NCBI GenBank assembly: GCA_963704165.1
Contig: CAVPHD010000003.1
Span: forward strand, 352,001-416,000
Direction of reading: 5' to 3'
DNA from: an uncultured delta proteobacterium
Lineage (GTDB): Bacteria; Myxococcota_A; UBA9160; SZUA-336
DNA length: 64,000 nucleotides
Every line of letters begins with the position of its first letter. The stretch's first letter is position 1. A program made the position numbers and the translations under genes. The notes under the pieces are model-generated. The model worked only from the letters and a program-made list of their open reading frames with translations. It ran no database searches and was not told where the DNA came from. Below are positions 9,626 to 19,229 of the stretch, piece by piece.

Positions 9626-10414
9626 TCAATCCGAAAAATACTTCGAGAGGATCGCGCTGCATCGCTCGCGGATTTTCGCCTCCAGATAGTCCGGATCGAT
9701 CTGCGAGAGCAGGTCGAATTTCTCGGCAGCGGCATACACGTGCGGGGCCCGGGCGGGCAGCCGAGTCGCATCGATGTCGCAGAAGCGGGCGAGCGTCGAT
9801 GATTGATCGGCCAGATGCTCGGTGCGCAGCAGCAACAACCGCTCGGGCGGCACGTGACCGACGACGTTCTCGATCCGCTCGGCCCAGCTGTGGATGTAGT
9901 TCTGGAGCGGGTACAGGCCGCGATCCTGCAGACGGCGTTCGGCCTCCGGGTGTTCCCGATGCGGCGCGCCGTAGATCGCGGCCCGGAGGGCCGTCCATTG
10001 CGGGTTGGCGCGCCGCCCCAGGCTCTGGTTGAAGACGGAATCGAGCCAGCTGCGGATTTCGCGCAGCGTCAGGATGAACCTCGCCTCCGGGAACAGCGTC
10101 GGCAGCAGGTGAACGAATCGGCCGTGCAGGTGCGAGATGTCGGCTTCGAGCCAGAGTTGTTTGTCGCGTGCCTCGTACCAGTCCGCCACGGCGGCATCCG
10201 AGGCTCGGCCCTGCAGGCTCGCGAGGACGATGCCGATGTGGCGATCGGCATCGTACTCGTGAGCGGCGCGGTGGCGGTGCTCGAACATTGCCGCGAGCGA
10301 GTGCGTCCCGGTCTTCTGTCCGCCGACGCCGAACACCTGAAAACGCCGCGGTCGCCAATGACGGAAACCGGGAATCAACGGCAGCACGTGCAAGTTGTCT
10401 CGCTTGCGAGCCAT
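9626..10414 (-). CDS. Sulfotransferase family protein (P-loop, Sulfotransfer_4-like)
   Basis: VFGVGGQKTGTHSL (PAPS-binding loop), FPEARFILTLREIRSWLDS, VPPERLLLL. Confidence 0.75.
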   Translation of the reverse strand: MARKRDNLHVLPLIPGFRHWRPRRFQVFGVGGQKTGTHSLAAMFEHRHRAAHEYDADRHIGIVLASLQGRASDAAVADWYEARDKQLWLEADISHLHGRFVHLLPTLFPEARFILTLREIRSWLDSVFNQSLGRRANPQWTALRAAIYGAPHREHPEAERRLQDRGLYPLQNYIHSWAERIENVVGHVPPERLLLLRTEHLADQSSTLARFCDIDATRLPARAPHVYAAAEKFDLLSQIDPDYLEAKIRERCSAILSKYFSD

Positions 10415-10497
10415 GTACGGGCACTCACCCCAAGAACGTTCGTTCAATGTACGCTCGAAAGTACTGCAGCGCGACGAGCGCAGCGCGGGAGAGAGAA

Positions 10498-11586
10498 GTG
10501 ACGAGCGAGCGGATCCGGATCGGCGTGATCGGCTGCGGCCGGATCTCCGACCTTCAGTGTCTCGGATACCTCGAGCACCCGAGCGCCGAGATCACCGCGG
10601 TGTGTGACGTCGACCTCGCGCTCGCGGAGCGGCGCGCGCGCGAGTGGGGCGCGCGCCGCGCCTACGCGAACGTCGACGAACTCCTGGCCGATCCCGACGT
10701 CGACGCGGTGGAGATCCTGACCCCGCACCACCTGCACGCCGCGCAGGCGATCGCCGCGCTCGAGGCCGGCAAGCACGTCTCGCTGCAGAAGCCGCCCGTG
10801 CTCTCGCTCGCGGAATGGGACGACGTCTGCACCGCCGCGAGGCGCGCGGGTCGCACGCTGCGCGTCTTCGAGAACTTCATGTACTACCCGCCGAACGTGA
10901 AGGCGAAGGAGCTGATCGCGCAGGGCGCGATCGGCGAGCCGCTCTCGGTGCGCCTCAAGACCGCCGCCGGACACCCGTCCTCGGGCTGGACGGTGGAGCC
11001 GTCGTCGCAGGCCTGGCGCATGGATCCGAGCCGCTGCGGGGGCGGCCCCACCACCTTCGACCACGGCTACCACTGCTACAACATGGGCCGATTCTTCATC
11101 CCCGCGGAGATCGAACGCGTGCACGCGTTCATCCACTGGTTCCGCGTCGGCGACGGCGGTTGGTACGACGGCCCCGCGCTGATCTCGTGGAAGTACGCGG
11201 GCGACATGCCGCGCTACGGCTCGTGGGAGGTGATCGGGTCGCTCGGCATGAAAGTGCGGTCCAAGTACTACGTGAGCGACGACCGCATCGAGATCCACGG
11301 CACGCGCGGGATCATCTGGGTGAATCGCTGCACCGGGCAGCTGCTCGACGAGCCCGCCGTGGTGCTGTACGCCGACGGCGAGACGCGCGCGTTTCACGCT
11401 CTCGACGTGGACTGGGCCGACTCGTTTCGTCTGGGCACGCGGGACTTCGTCGATGCGCTCCGCGAAGGACGCGAGCCGCCGCAGAACGCCGAAGCCGCGC
11501 GTCAGACCCTCGCATTCGCGCTCGCGGCCGGACGTTCCGCCGCCGAGCACCGCGAGGTGACGCTCGCGGAGGTGCTCGGCGGCTGA
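10498..11586 (+). CDS. Gfo/Idh/MocA family oxidoreductase
   Basis: IGVIGCGRIS, TPHHLHA, GKHVSLQKP, GGGPTTFDHGYH. Confidence 0.9.
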   Translation: MTSERIRIGVIGCGRISDLQCLGYLEHPSAEITAVCDVDLALAERRAREWGARRAYANVDELLADPDVDAVEILTPHHLHAAQAIAALEAGKHVSLQKPPVLSLAEWDDVCTAARRAGRTLRVFENFMYYPPNVKAKELIAQGAIGEPLSVRLKTAAGHPSSGWTVEPSSQAWRMDPSRCGGGPTTFDHGYHCYNMGRFFIPAEIERVHAFIHWFRVGDGGWYDGPALISWKYAGDMPRYGSWEVIGSLGMKVRSKYYVSDDRIEIHGTRGIIWVNRCTGQLLDEPAVVLYADGETRAFHALDVDWADSFRLGTRDFVDALREGREPPQNAEAARQTLAFALAAGRSAAEHREVTLAEVLGG

Positions 11587-11644
11587 ACCTGCGCCGCTCG
11601 CTCACGGCGCGATATGCTGCGCTCGCGCAACGCGAGGGGAGCCG

Positions 11645-12454
11645 ATGAGCGAGCCGCGGATCGAGGAGTCGGACTGGAAGAACCTGCGTTTCGAGCGCGT
11701 CGGCGACGTGCTGCGCGTCGTGATCGCGCACCCTTCGAACCCGATGAACGTGGTCGACGCCGGGATGCACGAAGAGCTCGCACGGCTCTTCCGCGAGCTG
11801 AAGCGCGAGCGCGATGCGCGCGCGATCCTGATCACAGGAAGCGGAAAGACCTTCAGTGCGGGCGGCGACTTCAACTGGTTCCCGACGCTGCAGGACCCCG
11901 AGAAGCTCAACGAGCTGCGGCGCGACGCGAAGCAGCTGATCTGGGATCTGCTCGACGTCGAGCTGCCGATCGTCGCCGCCGTCAACGGTCCGGCCGTCGG
12001 GCTCGGCGCTTCGATCGCGCTGCTCTGCGACGTGATCTTCATGGCCGACACCGCGCTGATCGCCGATCCGCACGTGCGCGTCGGCGTCGTCGCGGGCGAC
12101 GGTGGCGCCGCGATCTGGCCGCTCCTGCTCGGACCCGCACGCGCGAAGCAGTACCTGCTGACGGGTGATGCCCTGAAGGCGAACGAGGCGGAGCGCGTCG
12201 GGCTGGTCAACCGCGTCGTGGCCGCGGCGGATCTCGAGCGCGAGTCGCTGGCCTTCGCGGCGCGGCTCGCCGCGGGAGCGCCGCTCGCGTTGCAGTTCAC
12301 CAAGCAGGCGGTGAACAAGCTGGTCAAGGACGCACTCAACACCGCGTTCGACACCTCGCTCGCGCTCGAGCTGGTCACGTTCCGCAGCGAGGATCACCAG
12401 GAAGCGCTCGCCGCGCTGCGCGAGAAGCGCGCCCCGATCTTCAAGGGCCGCTAG
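11645..12454 (+). CDS. Enoyl-CoA hydratase/isomerase family protein
   Basis: FSAGGD, PIVAAVNGPAVGLGASIALLCD, DPHVRVGVVAGDGG. Confidence 0.93.
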   Translation: MSEPRIEESDWKNLRFERVGDVLRVVIAHPSNPMNVVDAGMHEELARLFRELKRERDARAILITGSGKTFSAGGDFNWFPTLQDPEKLNELRRDAKQLIWDLLDVELPIVAAVNGPAVGLGASIALLCDVIFMADTALIADPHVRVGVVAGDGGAAIWPLLLGPARAKQYLLTGDALKANEAERVGLVNRVVAAADLERESLAFAARLAAGAPLALQFTKQAVNKLVKDALNTAFDTSLALELVTFRSEDHQEALAALREKRAPIFKGR

Positions 12455-12470
12455 AAACGAGGAGGCTCGC

Positions 12471-13130
12471 ATGGATCTGTACGAAGCGATGTCGACGATG
12501 CGGGCGGTGCGGCGACTGAAGCCCGATCCGGTTCCGCCGAGCGTGATCGAGCGGATCCTGCAAGCCGCTTCGTGGGCGCCGACCGGTGGCAACGTGCAGC
12601 CTTGGCGCGTGGTGGTGGTGCGCGAACGCGCGACGAAGGAGAAGCTCGGGGCGCTCTACGACGCGCGCTGGAAGGCCTACGCCGCCGGGCACCGCAAGCT
12701 GCTCGCGAATGCGCCGGCCGAGCTCCGGGCGAAGACCGAGCGCATGATCGCCTCGGGGGATCATCTCGGCCTGCACTTCGCCGACACGCCGCTCGTCGCG
12801 ATCTTCTGCTTCAACCCCGAGCTGATGGCGATCACCGACGCAAAGCAGCCCCGCGTCTCCGTGGTCGGCGGCGCATCGGTCTACACCGCGGTCGAGAACT
12901 TCCTGCTCGCGTGCCGCGCCGAGGGACTCGGCTGCGTGCTCACCACGTTGCTCTGCGAGGTCGAGCCGGAGGTGCGCGAGCTGCTTGCGATTCCGCAGCC
13001 TTGGGCGACCGCCGCGGCGATCCCGGTGGGCTGGCCCGCGCGAGCCGGCCATGGCCCGATCTCGCGCCGCCCCGTCGACAAGCTCGCGTTCGCGGATCGC
13101 TGGGGCACGGCCTGGACCTCGAAAGGCTAG
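12471..13130 (+). CDS. Nitroreductase family protein
   Basis: RAVRRLKPDPVP, APTGGNVQPW, ENFLLACRAEGLG. Confidence 0.92.
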   Translation: MDLYEAMSTMRAVRRLKPDPVPPSVIERILQAASWAPTGGNVQPWRVVVVRERATKEKLGALYDARWKAYAAGHRKLLANAPAELRAKTERMIASGDHLGLHFADTPLVAIFCFNPELMAITDAKQPRVSVVGGASVYTAVENFLLACRAEGLGCVLTTLLCEVEPEVRELLAIPQPWATAAAIPVGWPARAGHGPISRRPVDKLAFADRWGTAWTSKG

Positions 13131-13142
13131 GACGAGCGCGAC

Positions 13143-14318
13143 ATGCCAAGTCACTTTGCCGACGAGCCGGAGCACATCGGTCTGCTGCGCGAGACGATCC
13201 GCCGCTTCGTCGAAGCCGAGATGCCGGCCGAGAAGCGGCAGCTCTGGGATCGCGAGCACCGCTTCCCGCGCGAGCTCTTCGCAAAGCTCGCGGGCCTCGG
13301 CGTCTGCGGCCTGACGATCGACGAGGCGTACGGCGGTGCCGGCGTCGATCTCGTCGCCGCGGTCGCCGTGATCGAGGAGCTCTGCCGCGGCGGCACCGCC
13401 GCAGCCGGGCCGTTCGTCCATTGCGCGTTCTACGGCGGCATGAACATCAGCGAGAACGGAAGCGAGCAACAGAAACGCGCGCTGCTGCCGAAGCTCGCGC
13501 GCGGCGAGCTGCTCTTCGCGTACGGACTCACCGAGCCCGACGTCGGCGGCGATCTCGCGAGCGTGCGCACCACCGCGCGCGTCTCCGGCGACGGAGAACG
13601 CCTCGTGCTGAACGGCGCGAAGCGCTGGTGCACGGGCGCCGAGTTCGCGGACTTCATCTACTGCCTCGTGCGCACCGGCCCGGAGGACGCGCGCTACCAG
13701 AACCTGTCGCTCGTGCTCGTCGACCCCAAGGGGCCGGGCGTCACGATCTCGCCGATCGAGCACATGAACCTGCGCTACACGCTCTCGTCCGACGTCCGCT
13801 TCGACGACGCACCGGTGCCGATCGCGAACGTCGTCGGTGGCCCGGGCGCGATCGGCCGCGGCTGGAAGATGCTGGTCGGACGCGCGCTCGACGTCGAGAA
13901 GCTCGAGATCAGCGCGATCACGTTCGGCATCGCGCAGGCCGCCGTCGAAGAGGCGTGGGCGTACGCGCAGCAGCGCGTGCAATTCGGCAAGCCGATCGCC
14001 GCGCACCAGGCCGTTCGCCACAAGCTCGTCGAGGTGCGCACCCAGCTCGAGGCCTGCCGGCACATGCTCTACCACGCTGCCTGGCTCGCCCAGCAAGGAC
14101 GGCCGTGCAGCGTCGAGACGTCGATGGCGAAGCTCTTCGTCGCCGACACGGGCGTACAGATCGCCCTCGCGTGCCAGCGCGTGATGGGCGCCTACGGGCT
14201 CTCCGAGGGCCACGACATGGAGCGCAACGTTCGCGATCTGCTCGGGATGCCGATCGTCGGCGGATCGTCCGACATGCAGAAGAACAACCTGGGTCGACGG
14301 TGGGGCCTTCCCGACTGA
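13143..14318 (+). CDS. Acyl-CoA dehydrogenase
   Basis: YGLTEPDVGGDL, LNGAKRWCT, RVQFGKPIAAHQAVRH, SMAKLF. Confidence 0.94.
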   Translation: MPSHFADEPEHIGLLRETIRRFVEAEMPAEKRQLWDREHRFPRELFAKLAGLGVCGLTIDEAYGGAGVDLVAAVAVIEELCRGGTAAAGPFVHCAFYGGMNISENGSEQQKRALLPKLARGELLFAYGLTEPDVGGDLASVRTTARVSGDGERLVLNGAKRWCTGAEFADFIYCLVRTGPEDARYQNLSLVLVDPKGPGVTISPIEHMNLRYTLSSDVRFDDAPVPIANVVGGPGAIGRGWKMLVGRALDVEKLEISAITFGIAQAAVEEAWAYAQQRVQFGKPIAAHQAVRHKLVEVRTQLEACRHMLYHAAWLAQQGRPCSVETSMAKLFVADTGVQIALACQRVMGAYGLSEGHDMERNVRDLLGMPIVGGSSDMQKNNLGRRWGLPD

Positions 14319-14341
14319 AGGCCCCACCGGGCGCTGCTCGA

Positions 14342-16178
14342 CTAGGCGAGTTCCAGACCCTTCAGCCCACCGTCGGCGCGCCAATCTTCCCAGAGCTTGA
14401 TGAATGCGACCGAGCCCGCACCGTAGAAGCCGTCCTGCGCGCTCCGCTCGGTGGGCTTCCCCTCGTTGTTGTAGTAGCCCGGCGTGCAGTTCATCAGGAA
14501 GTCACTGCCCATGCGCGAGAGGCCGATGATCGTCTGGATCCACTGGTTCTCCGCCTCTTCGGACGCCTCGATCGTGCGAACCTTGTTCTCTTCGCCCTTC
14601 TGGATCAGATACGCGATGTGCTTGGCCTGCTCGTTCAGCATGTGCGGATAGCTGGGCGTGAACCCCGATTGCGCGTTGCTCATGATGAAGCAGTTCGGGA
14701 AGCCGCGGACGTGCATGCCGTGGAATGAACGAACCCCGTTGGCCCACTTCTCGGACAGGTGCTGCCCGCCACGTCCGACGATGTCGTACCCGGCACGCCG
14801 CGTATACGATGTTCCGACCTCGAAGCCACTGGCGTAGATCAGGCAGTCGACTTCGTACTCCTTCCCGTCGACGACGACGCCCTTCTCCGTGATGCGATCC
14901 ACGCCCTGCCCCTTCGTATCGACGAGCGTGACGTTGGGACGGTTGAACGTCTCGAGATACTCGTTGTGGATGCAAGGACGTTTGCAGAACTGGCGGTAGT
15001 ACGGCTTCAGCGCGTCCGCGGTCGCCTCGTCCTTCACGATCGCGTCCACGCGCGCGCGGATCTGCTCCATCTTCTCGAAGTCCGCGAGCTCCATCTTCTT
15101 GACGAGTGACTCCGTCGAGACGTCGGGGCTCTGCTCGCTGCCGGACGCTGACGAGAAGCTTGCGGATGATGTCGGTCCAGCCGTCGTTCACCAGGTCCTC
15201 TTCCTGATATCCGCCGGAGACGAGGATGTTGAAGTTGTCCATGCGGTGCTGGTGCCAGCCGGGCTTCGAGGCTCTTCACCCATTCCGGGTCGGTCGGGGT
15301 GTTGTGCTTGACGTCCACCGACGACGGAGTCCGCTGGAACACGTACAGGTGCTCCGCGGCTTCGCCGACGTGCGGCACGACCTGCACGGCCGTCGCGCCG
15401 GTGCCGATGATGCCGACGCGCTTGCCGCGCAGGCCCGTCAGGTTCCCGCTCGGAGTCTCCGCCGCGTGTACGCGAAGTCCCAGCGGCAGGCGTGAAAGGC
15501 GTGCCCCTTGAAGTCGTCGATGCCCGGGAAGGCCCGGGCAGCTTCGGCCGGTTCAGCGGCCCGAGCGCCATCGCCACGTAGTGCGCCTTCATGCGATCGC
15601 CGCGGTCGGTCGAGATGATCCAGCGCGCGGCGGCGCTCGTCGTAGCGCAGCTCCGTGACGTTGGTCTGGAAGCAGACGTCCCGGTACAGGTCGTACTTCC
15701 GCGCGATGCGCTGGCTGTGCTCGAGGATCTCGGCGCCGGTCGCGTACTTCTGCGTCGGCATGTAGCCGGTCTCTTCGAGCAGCGGCAGGTAGATGTACGA
15801 CTCGATGTCGCAGGCGATGCCCGGATACCGGTTCCAGTACCAGGTGCCGCCGAAATCGCCGCAGCTGTCGATGATGCGGATGTCCTGGACGCCGGCCTCG
15901 CGCAGTCGCGCGCCGGTCAGGAGCCCTCCGAAGCCGCCGCCGATCAGGACGACCTCGACCTCGTCGACGAGCGGCTCGCGCGTGAAGCCCGGCTCGACGT
16001 ACGGGTCGTCGAGGAAGTGCGCGTACGCGCCCTTCACCTCCAGATACTGGGCGTTGCCGTCGCTGCGGAGCCTCTTGTCGCGCTCCTCGCGGTACTTGAG
16101 CCGCAGCGCCTCCGCGTTGAAGTCGTGCGCGACCTGCTCCGGGATGACTCGCGTCGGATCGCTGCTCTCGGTCGTCAT
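14342..16178 (-). CDS. Baeyer-Villiger monooxygenase, split by several frameshifts between ~15100 and ~15640 (probable sequence errors or pseudogene)
   Basis: GGGFGG, GGTWYWNRYPG, BVMO fingerprint FKGHAFHACRWD, IGTGATA, FQRTPS, CTPGYYNNEG. The motifs are spread over consecutive ORFs in different frames. Confidence 0.88.
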
Positions 16179-16344
16179 GGGCCCCCTCCGGCTGGATTCT
16201 CGATCAGACTCCCGGTCAAGAAAATCACCGTCCGAGTCGCTCTCGTATGACGGCGGTCATGTCGCGGACTCCGTGACCGTCGACGAAGCTGGTCGATGGT
16301 CCGGCTCCGCCTGAGTCGGTCTGCCGGGCCGAGGAGGATTCAAC

Positions 16345-17066
16345 ATGGCCGCTCGCAATCGTCTGCACCCGATCGTCGCCAACCGCGCGCTGCGCGCGCT
16401 GCGGGCGAATCCCGACGACACCACGCAGGGAATCGTCGCTATCGCGGCGATGACGGGGAACTCGAACCAGCGTCTCTTCACGCGCTTCAAGAAGTCGCCG
16501 AAGGGCGCGCAGAATCCTGCGCGAGAAGCGCGACCTCTACGGCGTGCTGTGCGACCGGGAGCGGATGCTGGCGATGCCTAAGGGCTCGCTCGGCCGCACG
16601 CTCGTCGAGTGGTTCATCCGCGAGAACATCAGCACGCGAAGGCCTGGCCGGAGCGAGCGAGGCCGCGGCGAAGCAGTTCGGCGGCCGGCCCGATCTCGGC
16701 GAAGAGGCGCGGATCTTCGGGAACCTCGTGCGCAACCTGCACGACGTCTTCCACGTCGTCGCCGGCTACGACCGCGACGTGCGCGGCGAGGTGGCCGTGC
16801 TCGCGTTCACGGCCGCGCAGACGGGCAACACCGGAATCGCGTACCTGGTCCTGCGGTCGATGCTCCGCTCCGGCTGGTTCTCCGAGACCGGCCGGATGAT
16901 CCGGCAGGGTTACCGGCGCGGCCGAAACGCGAAGTGGCTGCTCGACCAGGACTGGGAGGCGCTCCTCGAGCAGCCGATCGACCGGGTTCGCGAGCAGCTC
17001 GGCGTCGGCGAGCCCCCGGTCTACGAGCAGCTCCGCTCGGCCGGCGCGCCCGCACTGAGCGCCTGA
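16345..17066 (+). CDS. Coq4-like protein, two apparent frameshifts near 16512 and 16638
   Basis: GAGGAG RBS; joined translation gives LAMPKGSLG..HDVFHVVAGYDRDVRGE (HDxxH-x11-E) and DWEALLEQPIDRVREQLG. Confidence 0.78.
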
Positions 17067-17256
17067 CCGCGGGCTCGAGCCCCCGACGGGCCACCCGCCC
17101 GCAGGCGCGGACCCTAAACTTTTCTCTGTACCTCTGTATGGCCCCTGCGATAATGTGGGCTTGGCGCCACGAGATACCGTTTGCTTGCACGTGGGCTGCG
17201 CACTACGCGCCCCTACTCGTGGCGATCGAATCGAATGGAGAGGGAGGGGAAGAATC

Positions 17257-18123
17257 ATGCTCGAGACTCGAGCCGAGTTCGAACGGACCACGCGCAAGGT
17301 CGCCACAATTGCCGCCTTGCTTGCAGCCATCACCTTCATCGGAGCGCCCGGCTTGGCGTTTGCCGCCAATCCCTGCGAAGTGACACCGACCGGTGGAACG
17401 GTGGAACTGCCGCCCGAGGGCTGTGAATACCTGAGCCCAGAGGAGGTGCATACGATCATCGCCGGGCTGCCGGCCGGAACGACGATCGTGCTCGCGCCGA
17501 TCCACCGCGACTTCCTCTGTCACGAGGGGGGCGCCGGCGTTCCGCCCGCTCAGTGCAGCGTCGTGGTTCCGCCGGGGTCCTGCGAAGCGCCCGGCGGCGC
17601 GCTGGGTGGCACCGTGGACTGCACGCCGTCCCAGGCCCAGTTTCAGCTGACCGGTACCGGCGAGCTCGCGGGATTCAATCGCGTGCTCTCGATTCCGCTC
17701 GAGATGGAAGTCCACGCCGCACCTCGAACCGTCGGCGCTCCGGTCCAGTCCTTCCCCACCGAGATGATGTCGCTGCAAGGAGAGATCTTCGGTGACCCCG
17801 ACTTCGATCTGCTCAGGATTCGGGCCGGTGGCGTCCACGGCATGCCGAGCCCGGGGCACACGACACTGACGCTGCTGCCGAACGGAAATTTCGCCGTCGA
17901 CAGCTTCTTCGACATCACCTACGAGATCGAGATGGTCGGTGCGCCGGGAGGCCCGCTGGCGGGCATGGCGGGCACGACGACCGGGACGCTGAAGATGGCG
18001 ACCGGCCTCTCGTCCGCGGTTCCCACCGTCCCCAAGCCCGGACTCGGGGTCGTCGGCCTGATTCTGCTCGCCGTCGGAGCGATGTTCATCCCGCGGCTTC
18101 GAAGGAAAATGGCCTCGACGTAG
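17257..18123 (+). CDS. Secreted beta-rich protein with SFFD motif and C-terminal sorting/membrane-anchor tail (paralog 1)
   Basis: Signal peptide ending AFA-ANP; 6 Cys; VDSFFDITY; tail VPTVPKPGLGVVGLILLAVGAMFIPRLRRK (motif, TM helix, basic cluster; IPTL/PEP-CTERM-like). Confidence 0.75.
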   Translation: MLETRAEFERTTRKVATIAALLAAITFIGAPGLAFAANPCEVTPTGGTVELPPEGCEYLSPEEVHTIIAGLPAGTTIVLAPIHRDFLCHEGGAGVPPAQCSVVVPPGSCEAPGGALGGTVDCTPSQAQFQLTGTGELAGFNRVLSIPLEMEVHAAPRTVGAPVQSFPTEMMSLQGEIFGDPDFDLLRIRAGGVHGMPSPGHTTLTLLPNGNFAVDSFFDITYEIEMVGAPGGPLAGMAGTTTGTLKMATGLSSAVPTVPKPGLGVVGLILLAVGAMFIPRLRRKMAST

Positions 18124-18135
18124 GTTTCAGGATCC

Positions 18136-18161
18136 TCTCCCCGGGCGATCGCCCGGGGAGA
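18136..18161. repeat. Perfect 26-bp palindrome between the tandem paralogs
   Basis: TCTCCCCGGGCGATCGCCCGGGGAGA equals its own reverse complement. Confidence 0.85.
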
Positions 18162-18213
18162 CCGGGTCCACCTCGGGCAACGTGACGCGACACCAGTGGG
18201 AGGAGAGGGCGTG

Positions 18214-19026
18214 ATGCTGAAGCTCGGAGTTTCGTGGATCTGCGCGGCGATCGTTCTCGTCGCATCGGGCCTGGCCAGCGCCGGCCCCTGTGATGTGACT
18301 CCGAGCGGAGGAACGGTGCAGCTGCCGCCGGCGGGCTGCGAATACCTGAGTCCGGACGAGGTGCACAAGATCATCGACGGGCTGCCGCCCGGCACGACGA
18401 TCGAGCTTGCGCCGATTCACAAGGACTTCATCTGTCGCGAAGGATCGGCCTCGGTGTGCAGCATTCCCCTTCCGCCGGGAACCTGCGAAGCGCCGGGCGG
18501 CACGCTCGGCGGCAACATCGACTGCAGCGAGTCGGTCGCCGAATTCCACCTCACCGGCACGGGCGCACTCGCCGGTTACAGCCGTGTCGTCGCGATTCCG
18601 CTCGTCATGGAAGTCAACACCGCTCCGCGTGCACCTGGCGCTCCGGTGCAGGACTTCGACACCGAGATGATCGCGTTGCAGGGCCAGATCGGCGGCGACC
18701 CGGATTTCGATCTGCTCAGGGTCACCGCCGGCACGGGCTTCGGCATGCCGAGCCCGGGACACACGACGCTGACTCTGCTGCCGGGCGGCAACTACGCGGT
18801 CGACAGCTTCTTCGACATCACCTACCGGATCGACTTCATCGGTGCGCCGGGCGGCGCGCTCGCCGGGATGGCCGGTTCGACGACCGGGACGCTCAAGATG
18901 GCGACCGGGCTCTCGTCCGCCGTCCCGGTCGTTCCCGCGCCGGGACTTGGCGTCGTCGGCCTGATCCTGCTGGCGGTCGGAGCGATGTTCATCCCGCGGC
19001 TCCGGCGGAGAATGGCAAGGGCGTAG
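18214..19026 (+). CDS. Secreted beta-rich protein with SFFD motif and C-terminal sorting tail (paralog 2, tandem duplicate)
   Basis: Collinear with 17257..18123 (roughly 70% identical by eye), same 6 Cys, tail VPVVPAPGLGVVGLILLAVGAMFIPRLRRR. Confidence 0.75.
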   Translation: MLKLGVSWICAAIVLVASGLASAGPCDVTPSGGTVQLPPAGCEYLSPDEVHKIIDGLPPGTTIELAPIHKDFICREGSASVCSIPLPPGTCEAPGGTLGGNIDCSESVAEFHLTGTGALAGYSRVVAIPLVMEVNTAPRAPGAPVQDFDTEMIALQGQIGGDPDFDLLRVTAGTGFGMPSPGHTTLTLLPGGNYAVDSFFDITYRIDFIGAPGGALAGMAGSTTGTLKMATGLSSAVPVVPAPGLGVVGLILLAVGAMFIPRLRRRMARA

Positions 19027-19064
19027 ATCGAGTAGGGGCCGAGTCGGGCCTCATCGAATTCGGG

Positions 19065-19103
19065 ACCCCGATCCTGCCCGCCAGGGTCGGGGTTCTTCGT
19101 TTC
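19065..19103 (+). terminator. Probable Rho-independent terminator after the tandem paralogs
   Basis: Stem ACCCCGATCCTG / CAGGGTCGGGGT (12 bp with one G-U pair), 5-nt loop, followed by TCTTCGTTT. Confidence 0.6.
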
Positions 19104-19229
19104 GCGCTCACGACATCGCCTCAAACTGATTTACTCGCACTTTCGATCGTGGGACACTTTCGGGACATCCCCAGCCGTATGACGGTGACTGGCGACGACG
19201 GCGGTCCTCCATGGCGTCGCTTCGCCGAA

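Noticed and set aside
10498..16178. Oxidoreductase, nitroreductase, acyl-CoA dehydrogenase and BVMO as enediyne tailoring enzymes
   Set aside because: These are generic lipid/aromatic catabolic families separated from the cassette by unrelated transcription units. I see no resemblance to known E-series genes.
16247..16260. Imperfect palindrome ATGAC-GGCG-GTCAT between the divergent BVMO and Coq4-like genes
   Set aside because: Only 5-bp arms, a single copy and no local regulator; could be chance.
18456..19229. ORF track extends E3 to 590 aa, suggesting an N-terminal fusion
   Set aside because: The extension is an off-frame, Arg-rich shadow of paralog 2 and crosses a terminator. DUF1702 similarity begins only after ~19230.
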